A stretch of DNA of 64,000 bases from Candidatus Poribacteria bacterium. Its GTDB lineage: Bacteria; Poribacteria; WGA-4E; WGA-3G. Where the stretch lies: NCBI GenBank assembly GCA_964291315.2, contig OZ219753.1, positions 1,216,001 through 1,280,000 on the forward strand. The letters are read 5' to 3'. Position 1 is the first letter of the stretch. Every line of letters begins with the position of its first letter. Position numbers and translations under genes: made by a program. The notes beneath the pieces were generated by a model, which was not told where the DNA came from, ran no database searches, and was given only the letters and a program-made list of their open reading frames with translations. Of the stretch, positions 29,057 through 37,724 are shown piece by piece.

Positions 29057-30271
29057 ATGGAAAAATCAAGACTTTTTTTGCTGTTCCTAACCCTGTTTTT
29101 TGTTATGCTTGGGTTTGGCATCATCATTCCAAATCTCGCTTATTACGCCCAAGATGTCGGCGCAACCCCCACTGAAATTGCCATATTGATGTCGATCTAT
29201 GCCGGAATGCAACTCCTCTTTGCCCCTATCTGGGGCAGGTTGTCGGACACACACGGTCGAAAACCCGCAATTCTGCTGGGCCTGCTTGGAAACGCTTTTG
29301 CCTTGATCGGGTTCGGAATAGCGAAAGATTACGTGTGGCTCCTTATTGCACGCGGCGCGGCGGGCATCGCTTCGGCAGCGGTAATGCCGACCACCATGGC
29401 CTATGTTGCCGATGTAACTACATCTGAGGAGCGCGGTAAAGGCATGGGATTGATGGGTGCTGCGATGGGACTCGGTTTTATCCTTGGCCCAGCGATCGGC
29501 GGTATCATGGGCAGCCACAATACTCCGTTTTTTGTCGCAGGTGCTATCTCTGTCTTAAATTTTCTTTTTGTCCTCGGATTATTACCGGAATCGCTACAGG
29601 AAATTAGAACCAATGAACCTCGGGAAAAGCATCACGAATGGGTATCTCCACACCAAATATTCCAGTGGGCGACTCTGAAGTCGCCTTTCAACTCGCTTTT
29701 TCTCGTCGCATTTTTCTCGACCTTCAGTTTTGCAGGATGGGAGGTGATCTTCCCGCTTTTCATTGAAGAAGGGTGGGACTATGGGGAACGAGAGATGGGC
29801 TGGATGTTCATGATCATGGGCGCGATTGTCGCGCCGATCCAGGGCGCGCTGCTCGGCAGATTAATCAACAGATTAGGGGAGCTGCGGATCATTCTTGCTG
29901 GGTTACTTCTCAACGCACTCGGTATAGCACTTTTGCCGAGCGCCTTCTCTATAGCACCTTTGGCTAGTGCCTTCTCTTTTGCGACGCTCACCGTATATAT
30001 TACTATTACCGGCATCGGCAGCCAGCTCATTCGCCCAACAAATACCTCGTGGATTTCCAAGCAAACCCAGATAGGTCAAGGGACCGCTATCGGTATCATG
30101 GATGCCTTTTCAAGTTTAGGACGTATTTTGGGACCGCTTCTCGGCGGTTGGCTTTATGAGAAAGGGGCTCACCCTTACGCTGTTTTGGCAGGCCTCCTGG
30201 CAGTAGCGACGCTATGGCTCTATGTCCCGCTACGCCGGATTAGAAGTGAAGCGTCGAACATTTCACAGTAG
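29057..30271 (+). CDS. MFS transporter (TetA/DHA1-like)
   Basis: About 12 hydrophobic segments, GRLSDTHGRKP (motif A), LGFILGPAIGG (motif C). Confidence 0.93.
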   Translation: MEKSRLFLLFLTLFFVMLGFGIIIPNLAYYAQDVGATPTEIAILMSIYAGMQLLFAPIWGRLSDTHGRKPAILLGLLGNAFALIGFGIAKDYVWLLIARGAAGIASAAVMPTTMAYVADVTTSEERGKGMGLMGAAMGLGFILGPAIGGIMGSHNTPFFVAGAISVLNFLFVLGLLPESLQEIRTNEPREKHHEWVSPHQIFQWATLKSPFNSLFLVAFFSTFSFAGWEVIFPLFIEEGWDYGEREMGWMFMIMGAIVAPIQGALLGRLINRLGELRIILAGLLLNALGIALLPSAFSIAPLASAFSFATLTVYITITGIGSQLIRPTNTSWISKQTQIGQGTAIGIMDAFSSLGRILGPLLGGWLYEKGAHPYAVLAGLLAVATLWLYVPLRRIRSEASNISQ

Positions 30272-30338
30272 CTATTTCTATCTTCGAAGACCGGAGTTCC
30301 AGGGCGCATCAGCTCTCCCGTATTTGCTATATCATCTC

Positions 30339-33300
30339 TCAGCGCAGCGGCGGTAGTCGGTGCTCCACGCGGCGCGTGTTGTATTTACGACGATATTCTT
30401 GATGTGCTTCATCGTTCGGATACTGTTCAGTTCCCGGATACGGATAGGCAGACATTCCATGAAAGGGTAGCGGTTCAACTGTTTGCGATGTAAGCGTATT
30501 GATGTCACCATCTTTATCCCATCCGTTACTATACAAGATAAAGTCGCGCACCCAACCCGGCTTCAATGCGGGGAGGCGCACAGCGTCAAATTCCACCGTG
30601 ATTTCGTCCCCCGCATTGAGGATAACATACATGTCGTCGACTTCCTGCAACAGAGGAGTGACATCGCCGTAACGGGTGTAATATCCAGCCAGATCACGCC
30701 ACTGGCCTGCTGTTGTTACCTTTTGATAATCGAATAAGTGCGGGGCATGACGGTTCGGCCGGTACATCTCGGAGAAACCACGGTAGTGCAGATCCGCGCT
30801 ATCCGGATTCAAAGTCGTCATCTCCATCGGCACGGATTGTTCTCCAACCGTGAAAAATGTCATATCCCAGTAAATCTGCATATCGGTTTCAATCCGAACG
30901 CGTCGATCATCCGATAGGAATTTGCCTGTCAGGTCAACCGTAATCGTCTTGTTTTTTCCTGCGGGTATCCCTATCATATCTATAACGGTCGTCCACTTCC
31001 CCGTTTTGTCCTTCACTGCGACTGAAGGGAAACGTGGATTAATCCGTGGATTCTGCGATAGAGCGATATTGATACTTGTGTCGGTCGGAAAAATCCAACC
31101 TGTGAGGAAAAGCGTCACAGGTGCTTTATTTGGGATATCTCCGAGGTCAAGAATAATAGCATGTGGTTCGACAATCCCTTGATAGGTGCCGGCCGCGTGT
31201 TCAATAGCATAATCGTAATCAAACGCCTTTAAGGCATCGGATACATCTTCACCGTGATGGTTGACGGCTGACTTCGGATACCGCTTCTCGGCGACACTAT
31301 AGACCTTGAATTCTGCAAACGGCGGCGGTATATACTGTTCATCTACAAAGATATCGGTGTTTGCAGGATGATCAACCGCAATTAGTTTCACTTCGTCAAA
31401 ATAGGCGGTTTCCCACAATTCCTCGGTAATTTGAATAGAATATTTGCCCGATTTCGGTTGGAGCTGTTCTCCGGATATTTTCACGAAGTCCCGTGTTTCG
31501 TCAGGTGCGACAAACCCCATTGATGTGACAAGCCCCAAAGGTGCGCGCCAAAGCAGATCGGTAACGAATTCATACCGATTACCGTTGTAGACGTATAGGA
31601 ACGGGCAGGAACCCTTCAAAACCTGTTTCTCCAGAATTCGCTGTCTTGCCTGCGGGGTAACGACATTCTGTGGTACCCCATTTGTCCAGACAACCCGGAC
31701 GACATCTGCAGCGTCAAATGTTCCCAACCCGAAGTGCGACATCTGTTTGGATACGTACCGCAATTGATACAGTTCACCGACTTTCACCTCTAACTTCGAT
31801 CCGATAGCATCTTTATTGACTTTGTTGTTTCCCGCGATGAGGCCCTCCAGCCGGACCTGTATCCAGTTGTTTTGATTCCCACCGTTGTTTTGCAGCGCGC
31901 GCAGTTGTCGGTCGGCGTTAACAAAAAAGAGGTCAAGATCGCCATCGTTGTCATAGTCACCCACTGCCCCCGCAATAGCATTCTTGAGAAGTACTTCGTC
32001 TGTTAGAGATGATGATTCCATGAACGGATAAGGTTCAGTAAACTTGCCAACACCCTCATTCCGAAACAGGAACATGCCGTTCTCGCCACCGACCCAGACA
32101 TCAAGGAATCCGTCGTTGTCGTAATCTATGTTTTCTAATAGAACGGGCGGTAGACCTTGCACACCTGCTTCTGATCCCAATGCATCGACGAAACTTCCGT
32201 CCCCGGTATTCTGGTAGAGGTGGATACGATCTGCTGTCGCTAAGAAGATATCAAAGTCTCCGTCGTTATCATAGTCGCCAGCAGCAGATGCGGTATACTG
32301 AACATTTTGTGGAATCCCTGTTTCACTTGAAACAGCGCGGAGCCGCCCTTGTCGGAGATTATCGTAGAGCGTGCATCCGGTTTCGCGGTGGGTAACAAAG
32401 ATGTCTATATCCCCATCGTCATCAAAATCAGCAGACAGTGCCTCTTGGCCTATGGGCGTGCTACCTGTATCGGTCAAAAAGGTCTGCTCTCCAACGTCAG
32501 TGAATGTTCCATCTCCATTATTCCGATACATCGTCCTGCTAGATGTGAAGAGGTCTAGATCACCGTCATGGTCAAAATCGACCGGATGGAGTAGACCTGT
32601 TTCTGCTCCTGATTGTTCATATTCAACGAGGGAAAACTGTTGCCAGTTCTCGGAGGCATCTGTTTGAAAAAGCAATATCTCTTTGCTGGTTTGAATTAGA
32701 AAATCTTGTGTTCCATCTTTATCCAGATCTGCAACCGCCGTAGCGTATAGATTTGAAACATCTTGTTTTTCTCTCCTAAGCTGAAGAGCAGGGAGAAACT
32801 GTCCGCTGTTATTCCGAAAGAGAGTTCCTGTAGGGGCTATGTATAGGTCGAGGTTTCCGTCCGCATCGTAGTCGATTAGTAAAACCTCAACAGCATCGGT
32901 AGACGTGATTTCCACATTTGCAAGCCCAAGTCGTTCAGTCACATCCTCAAACTTCACCTCAATGGGTGGAATCTGTTCCGCGGTGATTCGAGCTTTAAAA
33001 GCTGGACTGAACGTCTCTATCGGATGTCCAAGGATGTCGGTTACTAATTCGCCGATGCCCTGCTGATAGCGTGCGCTTGCCCGATGCAGGTTCTCAAAGA
33101 TTCGGATGTTTCGTGAGGCGAGTTTTAGATCCTTTTGCTTTATCGCGTCGATGCCGTGTGTAAGGTATGCAAGTTTTTCTGGGTCAGTGTCTCCTAAAAT
33201 ATGCATTAATTCCCGACTGAAACCTTCTGCTTCCTTGAGTTGGCCTTGTGCCAACACTGCCTGTGCCAGCTTCAATAACACTACGATATTCACTGGCGAC

Positions 33301-33830
33301 CGGGCATGAAGTTCTTGGAGATGACGAGCCGCCTCTTGTTGTGCCTCTGAGTCGTTTCGCTGTCCGAGATAGTGGCGCGCCAACTTGTAGCGAAACTCTA
33401 ATTCATCAGGTGCCAATCGGACAGCCTCCTTCATCGCCTCAACCGCCAATTTACGATGTCCTTGTAGCTGGTAGACCTCGGATAGAATAAAGTGTAACCG
33501 GCTGTCCATTGGTGCCACAGTAATTCCGCGTTTAACCCATACTTCAGCCGTATCTGCTTGCTGGAGCCGCAGGTGCGCGACTGCAAGATTACCGTAACCA
33601 ATCGCCTCCTCGGGGAGTAGTTCCACGAGTTCTGTAAACGCCTCAACCGCTTTTGAGAGCTGTGATTCTTCAAGATACGCCAACCCCAGATTTTGATATC
33701 GGATTGCTTCTTCTATAATTTGGGGCGTATCCATTTCTTGTGCTGTCCCTGTCCATATACCCAAAAACCATATCAACAGCAATGCACACCACAAACGTTT
33801 TTCTGTACTACGGAACGCGAGTTTTGCCAT
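30339..33830 (-). CDS. Secreted TPR + FG-GAP repeat + ASPIC/UnbV (CRTAC1-like) protein
   Basis: Signal peptide, N-terminal TPRs, many D(Y/F)DxDGDxD repeats, NKDAIGSK...HFGLG, GSCPFLY. Confidence 0.9.
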   Translation of the reverse strand: MAKLAFRSTEKRLWCALLLIWFLGIWTGTAQEMDTPQIIEEAIRYQNLGLAYLEESQLSKAVEAFTELVELLPEEAIGYGNLAVAHLRLQQADTAEVWVKRGITVAPMDSRLHFILSEVYQLQGHRKLAVEAMKEAVRLAPDELEFRYKLARHYLGQRNDSEAQQEAARHLQELHARSPVNIVVLLKLAQAVLAQGQLKEAEGFSRELMHILGDTDPEKLAYLTHGIDAIKQKDLKLASRNIRIFENLHRASARYQQGIGELVTDILGHPIETFSPAFKARITAEQIPPIEVKFEDVTERLGLANVEITSTDAVEVLLIDYDADGNLDLYIAPTGTLFRNNSGQFLPALQLRREKQDVSNLYATAVADLDKDGTQDFLIQTSKEILLFQTDASENWQQFSLVEYEQSGAETGLLHPVDFDHDGDLDLFTSSRTMYRNNGDGTFTDVGEQTFLTDTGSTPIGQEALSADFDDDGDIDIFVTHRETGCTLYDNLRQGRLRAVSSETGIPQNVQYTASAAGDYDNDGDFDIFLATADRIHLYQNTGDGSFVDALGSEAGVQGLPPVLLENIDYDNDGFLDVWVGGENGMFLFRNEGVGKFTEPYPFMESSSLTDEVLLKNAIAGAVGDYDNDGDLDLFFVNADRQLRALQNNGGNQNNWIQVRLEGLIAGNNKVNKDAIGSKLEVKVGELYQLRYVSKQMSHFGLGTFDAADVVRVVWTNGVPQNVVTPQARQRILEKQVLKGSCPFLYVYNGNRYEFVTDLLWRAPLGLVTSMGFVAPDETRDFVKISGEQLQPKSGKYSIQITEELWETAYFDEVKLIAVDHPANTDIFVDEQYIPPPFAEFKVYSVAEKRYPKSAVNHHGEDVSDALKAFDYDYAIEHAAGTYQGIVEPHAIILDLGDIPNKAPVTLFLTGWIFPTDTSINIALSQNPRINPRFPSVAVKDKTGKWTTVIDMIGIPAGKNKTITVDLTGKFLSDDRRVRIETDMQIYWDMTFFTVGEQSVPMEMTTLNPDSADLHYRGFSEMYRPNRHAPHLFDYQKVTTAGQWRDLAGYYTRYGDVTPLLQEVDDMYVILNAGDEITVEFDAVRLPALKPGWVRDFILYSNGWDKDGDINTLTSQTVEPLPFHGMSAYPYPGTEQYPNDEAHQEYRRKYNTRRVEHRLPPLR

Positions 33831-34135
33831 CAGGCGTTCTCCTTCTGGATAGTGTCTGCAGCTTCCCGAACCGCTTGGCGCATGCTATTTAATCGGAGTT
33901 TAAGGGAATCCTCAAGCTGTTTGAGGTGAAGCAACCAAGACTGCTGAGAATCACTGCCCTCCGTACCGAATCCGTCGGTTAGTGAGAGTCTAATATATTT
34001 CAACCGTTCTGTCTGTAGCACTTTCATCTGAGCATCGTAGTCCTCAATTCCAGATTCCAATAGGGAGCTGATCTCACGAATTTTTTCCAACGTTTGTCTC
34101 CTTTTTAATGCGTTGTTTTTATGATTTACTGACAT
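33830..34135 (-). CDS. Hypothetical coiled-coil protein
   Basis: 101-aa helical ORF whose stop overlaps the next start codon (TGATG), suggesting translational coupling. Confidence 0.7.
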   Translation of the reverse strand: MSVNHKNNALKRRQTLEKIREISSLLESGIEDYDAQMKVLQTERLKYIRLSLTDGFGTEGSDSQQSWLLHLKQLEDSLKLRLNSMRQAVREAADTIQKENA

Positions 34136-34487
34136 TTCTCAGAGTAGTGTTTCCGCTAAGCCAGGTGCTGGGCTGAGCCGGTGTAGTGTTCTGAAAATGC
34201 GATCTATTTAGAAAAGTTCTTGATTTTTAGGCATGAGATGGCATTCTAAACGGAGTTATACTTCTCAGGAGGTCCTCTCATGTGAGGACATGTTATCAGA
34301 TCCGCAAAGTTCTTTCAATCGGTTTTGTATTGGTAGGCAAGCAACAGACTCATGGAGACGTTGCTCTCTCTGCAGTTTACTCACATCCTCATCCACGGGA
34401 AAAGCAGCTGCGTCTTTTCATCAACAAAACAGAAGACAACACCTATAAGCATTCACTTAAACAACGATTTGAGAAATATTAGCGCTA

Positions 34488-34516
34488 TTGACTTTTTCTG
34501 CCTAATGTGGTATCCT
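34488..34516 (+). promoter_or_regulatory. Promoter of metallopeptidase-like copy 1
   Basis: TTGACT, 17-bp spacer, TATCCT with extended TG. Conserved in front of copy 2. Confidence 0.6.
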
Positions 34517-34606
34517 TAATATCACTTGCTGTTTGAATCTATTTATAGGAAAAGTTCTTGGCTATTCAGCCATCGTCTAGAATAAAAAAAACAAGGAAAA
34601 AAGAGA

Positions 34607-37306
34607 ATGCTAAAAATGTTCAAGTTTGCTTCCATTTTAACGATTCTGATTGTAGGCGGAATTTGCAGCCCCTACGCTCACAGTGCCTCCTTTAGATACC
34701 ATTGGGAAATAGACGAGACCCCCGAAGGGAGCGAAAGTGCAACCGTAATTGAACCTATAGAGGTGACGTTGCGAGATGAACCGGTGCAGGTCGCCTCTCA
34801 TAGCGCGTCCCTTGCACTCATGCAGAAATATTCCGTGCACTTGGGCCCTGAATGGAGTGCAGGGCGTGCCTACAAGCTCCTGCAGACCTTTGAGGCTGTG
34901 CCCCAAGAAAAAAATGATTTTTATGGAGCAAGTCAAGCAGTGTCTCCCTCTGTTTGGCGATTAAGCAGTCGCCACATACAGAATGATATTAAGGTTGAAT
35001 ATCAGAACGGACAACGCGTCGTTACTCTCCATCAGGCGGTGTTTAGGTATGCCCAACCGTTGTTAGCAGAAATTGAAGGCGTGCGCGGCACATACTTCTC
35101 TAAGCGACTCCACCGCGCTGTGGTCAGGTTCGTCACCGATAATGGTGCCGATAGATACGCGCTCAACCGCATTTTGGAGGATCGGTACGCCGTTAGCATA
35201 GACGTTCCAGATTACAGTGAACTCACGCGGCACACAACGGGCGAACATGCGGGTCGTTTTTCTGAATTCAAAAATAGAGAATTGCTCTTGCTGATCTCAA
35301 TGCTTGAGGAATTTCCGCAAGGCATGATTAAAACGCCGGGGCTCAACTACCTGGTTCGGCGTTTAGATGGAACCCCGCACCCGTTTTACCCTAGTGCGCC
35401 AGCAGTCGCATGGCCAAATGAAGGCTATATAGAGTTTATGGAATCTGCTTTTAAGAAGCAAGGTGCCGATTATATTCATCGTCTGATCCTGCATGAAAAG
35501 GCACACTTCCTATGGGAGCACCTTTTTGACGAACAGCTCAGACAGGATTGGATTGAACTCGGCGGGTGGTTTGAAAATCCGCGCGATCCCGACGGTTGGT
35601 CAACAACGAAGCAGGTTGAGTTTGTTTCTGCTTACGCCCACGGAAAAAATCCGAATGAGGATATGGCAGAGAGCATCAGTTATTACATCGTCAATCCTGA
35701 CAAACTGCGCTCCCGTTCTCCTGCGAAGTATGAGTTCATTCAGAACCGGGTTATGCACGGCACACGGTATATCTCAAAGATTCGTGAAGATTTGACGTTT
35801 GAGGTCTATAACCTCTATCCAGATTATGTGTATCCGGGCCGGATTACACGAGTTGCCATACAGGTTGAAGGTGAGCCTGAGGAAGATAAACGGATAACGG
35901 TAGAAATTGAACTTCACGGAGAAAGCGCCTTAGACGCTGCCCAAACCGCATATATTAGAGTCTTTAGCGAAAAGGGCACCTATTTCGATCTTGCATGGAT
36001 GCAACCGGTTGGGGATGATGGCAGGAACATTGCTTCCGGCCATATTCTGCGCGGGCAAGTAAAGCTATCAAAATATGCAGCAAACGGTTATTGGGCTCCT
36101 GACCAAATCCGAATCTGGGATGCCCAACGGAATGAGAGACTCACGGCACAGACCGATTTCGGCTGGAAACTCCATATCGACAATCCACTTGCAGATTGCG
36201 AACCGCCACAATACGTCAAAAACTCAATGCGTCTCTCTTTATCAGAAGCAACCACTGAGAATGGAGAAGCTTATCAAATTGTTACCGCCCGCTGGAAACT
36301 TTTCGATAAGAACGATATAAAAAATGTCTATGCCGAAATGAACGATAGCCATCGTGAAACATATTCCCGGCGCGAGAATTACGGAGAATATAATCCAGAA
36401 ACCGGCGAAGCCAGTGTTGGACTTATCGTTCCGAATTACCTCCAGAGCGGCAGTTATGCCCTTAACTATATTTCGATGGAGGATGTCGCTTTAAATGTTC
36501 AAGGGGTACACTTCACCGATCCAGGGCACACCTTAAGGGACGAAGAAAGCATCACCGACGAGCTACCTGCTGCAATTGATATCGTAACAACCAATCCGGA
36601 TAGTGTCCCGCCTGTCCTTGATTTAAGCAGGATCACAATTCAGGCAGAACCAACACGCCCGGAGGCACCTAACGGCGAAACTCGGGTTGACATTACTTTT
36701 CGCGTTAAGGATAATATCAGCGGATATCGCTCAACGGATATGCTTTTGCGTGATCCTCAGGGCGTAACACACTTCTTTAGACATTACGATGAAGATTTTC
36801 ACGCCATCTACTTTTCAAGGGATCCAACCCGCTATCAAGTCTATCAGAAAACAATTACTTTGCCTGTTGGCAGTGCTCCCGGTATCTGGGGTTTGGCTGA
36901 AATGACCGTATGGGATAAGGCACAAAATGTGCTTCGGGCGGATTTTACTGAAATTGTCCGATTTGAGGTAGACGGTGTAGCCACTGCAGCCCCTATCATT
37001 GCCTCACTTCCTGACGACACGCGGCTGCTCTCAAACTACCCCAACCCGTTCAATCCGGAGACGTGGATACCGTATCAACTCGTCAACAGCAGCGATGTCG
37101 AGATTACCATTTACGATACTAAGGGGCATCTGATTCGCACATTGGCACTTGGGCATCAGGAGGCAGGTTATTATACGAACAGACATCGTGCGGCGTATTG
37201 GAACGGTCTCAACAGTTTAGGAGAGCAGGTTGCCAGCGGGGTCTACTTCTATCAACTGCAGACGGATGCGGCTTCCGAGATGCGCAAAATGGTTATCTTA
37301 AAGTAG
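34607..37306 (+). CDS. Secreted HEXXH zinc-metallopeptidase-like protein with C-terminal FlgD-Ig/T9SS-CTD-like domain (copy 1)
   Basis: Signal peptide (..AHS|A), ILHEKAH, VSAYA..NPNEDMAES, NYPNPFNPETWIPYQL...ASGVYFYQL...RKMVILK. Confidence 0.8.
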   Translation: MLKMFKFASILTILIVGGICSPYAHSASFRYHWEIDETPEGSESATVIEPIEVTLRDEPVQVASHSASLALMQKYSVHLGPEWSAGRAYKLLQTFEAVPQEKNDFYGASQAVSPSVWRLSSRHIQNDIKVEYQNGQRVVTLHQAVFRYAQPLLAEIEGVRGTYFSKRLHRAVVRFVTDNGADRYALNRILEDRYAVSIDVPDYSELTRHTTGEHAGRFSEFKNRELLLLISMLEEFPQGMIKTPGLNYLVRRLDGTPHPFYPSAPAVAWPNEGYIEFMESAFKKQGADYIHRLILHEKAHFLWEHLFDEQLRQDWIELGGWFENPRDPDGWSTTKQVEFVSAYAHGKNPNEDMAESISYYIVNPDKLRSRSPAKYEFIQNRVMHGTRYISKIREDLTFEVYNLYPDYVYPGRITRVAIQVEGEPEEDKRITVEIELHGESALDAAQTAYIRVFSEKGTYFDLAWMQPVGDDGRNIASGHILRGQVKLSKYAANGYWAPDQIRIWDAQRNERLTAQTDFGWKLHIDNPLADCEPPQYVKNSMRLSLSEATTENGEAYQIVTARWKLFDKNDIKNVYAEMNDSHRETYSRRENYGEYNPETGEASVGLIVPNYLQSGSYALNYISMEDVALNVQGVHFTDPGHTLRDEESITDELPAAIDIVTTNPDSVPPVLDLSRITIQAEPTRPEAPNGETRVDITFRVKDNISGYRSTDMLLRDPQGVTHFFRHYDEDFHAIYFSRDPTRYQVYQKTITLPVGSAPGIWGLAEMTVWDKAQNVLRADFTEIVRFEVDGVATAAPIIASLPDDTRLLSNYPNPFNPETWIPYQLVNSSDVEITIYDTKGHLIRTLALGHQEAGYYTNRHRAAYWNGLNSLGEQVASGVYFYQLQTDAASEMRKMVILK

Positions 37307-37608
37307 CCTGTGCTTTTTTCTAAGGCGCTGCAGGCTTAATTGCCCTACATCCAAAGCAGAACCAAGAACTAAATCACCGTGAAAAAACGCTTACACTTGT
37401 AGACGCTCTCTACCCGGGGTCAGTACTAGTGGAGAGGGTAGACGCGACAATCGCTTTATTTGCGCGGTTTCGTGTGAATAGAGATATTTTTGACATCTTA
37501 AAAACCGGACAGATGCAAACCAGCATCCTTCGATAAAGCAAAACTCTCGTGAAAATATAACAGAGAAACATAAAACTAAAGGGGCTTGCGGGAACGGAGA
37601 TAAAACGA

Positions 37609-37636
37609 TTGACTTTTTTACCTAATGTGGTATCCT
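37609..37636 (+). promoter_or_regulatory. Promoter of metallopeptidase-like copy 2
   Basis: TTGACT, 16-bp spacer, TATCCT. Near-identical to 34488-34516. Confidence 0.55.
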
Positions 37637-37724
37637 TAATGCCAATTGCTGTTTGAATTTGTTCACAGGAAAGGCTTTGGCTATTCAGCCATCGCCTACG
37701 ATAAACAAAATAAGGGAAAAAGAA

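Noticed and set aside
34233-34482. Small ORFs or pseudogene between the divergent genes
   Set aside because: The AGGAGG is followed by ATG-TGA, and the overlapping short ORFs have no motif. Insufficient support.
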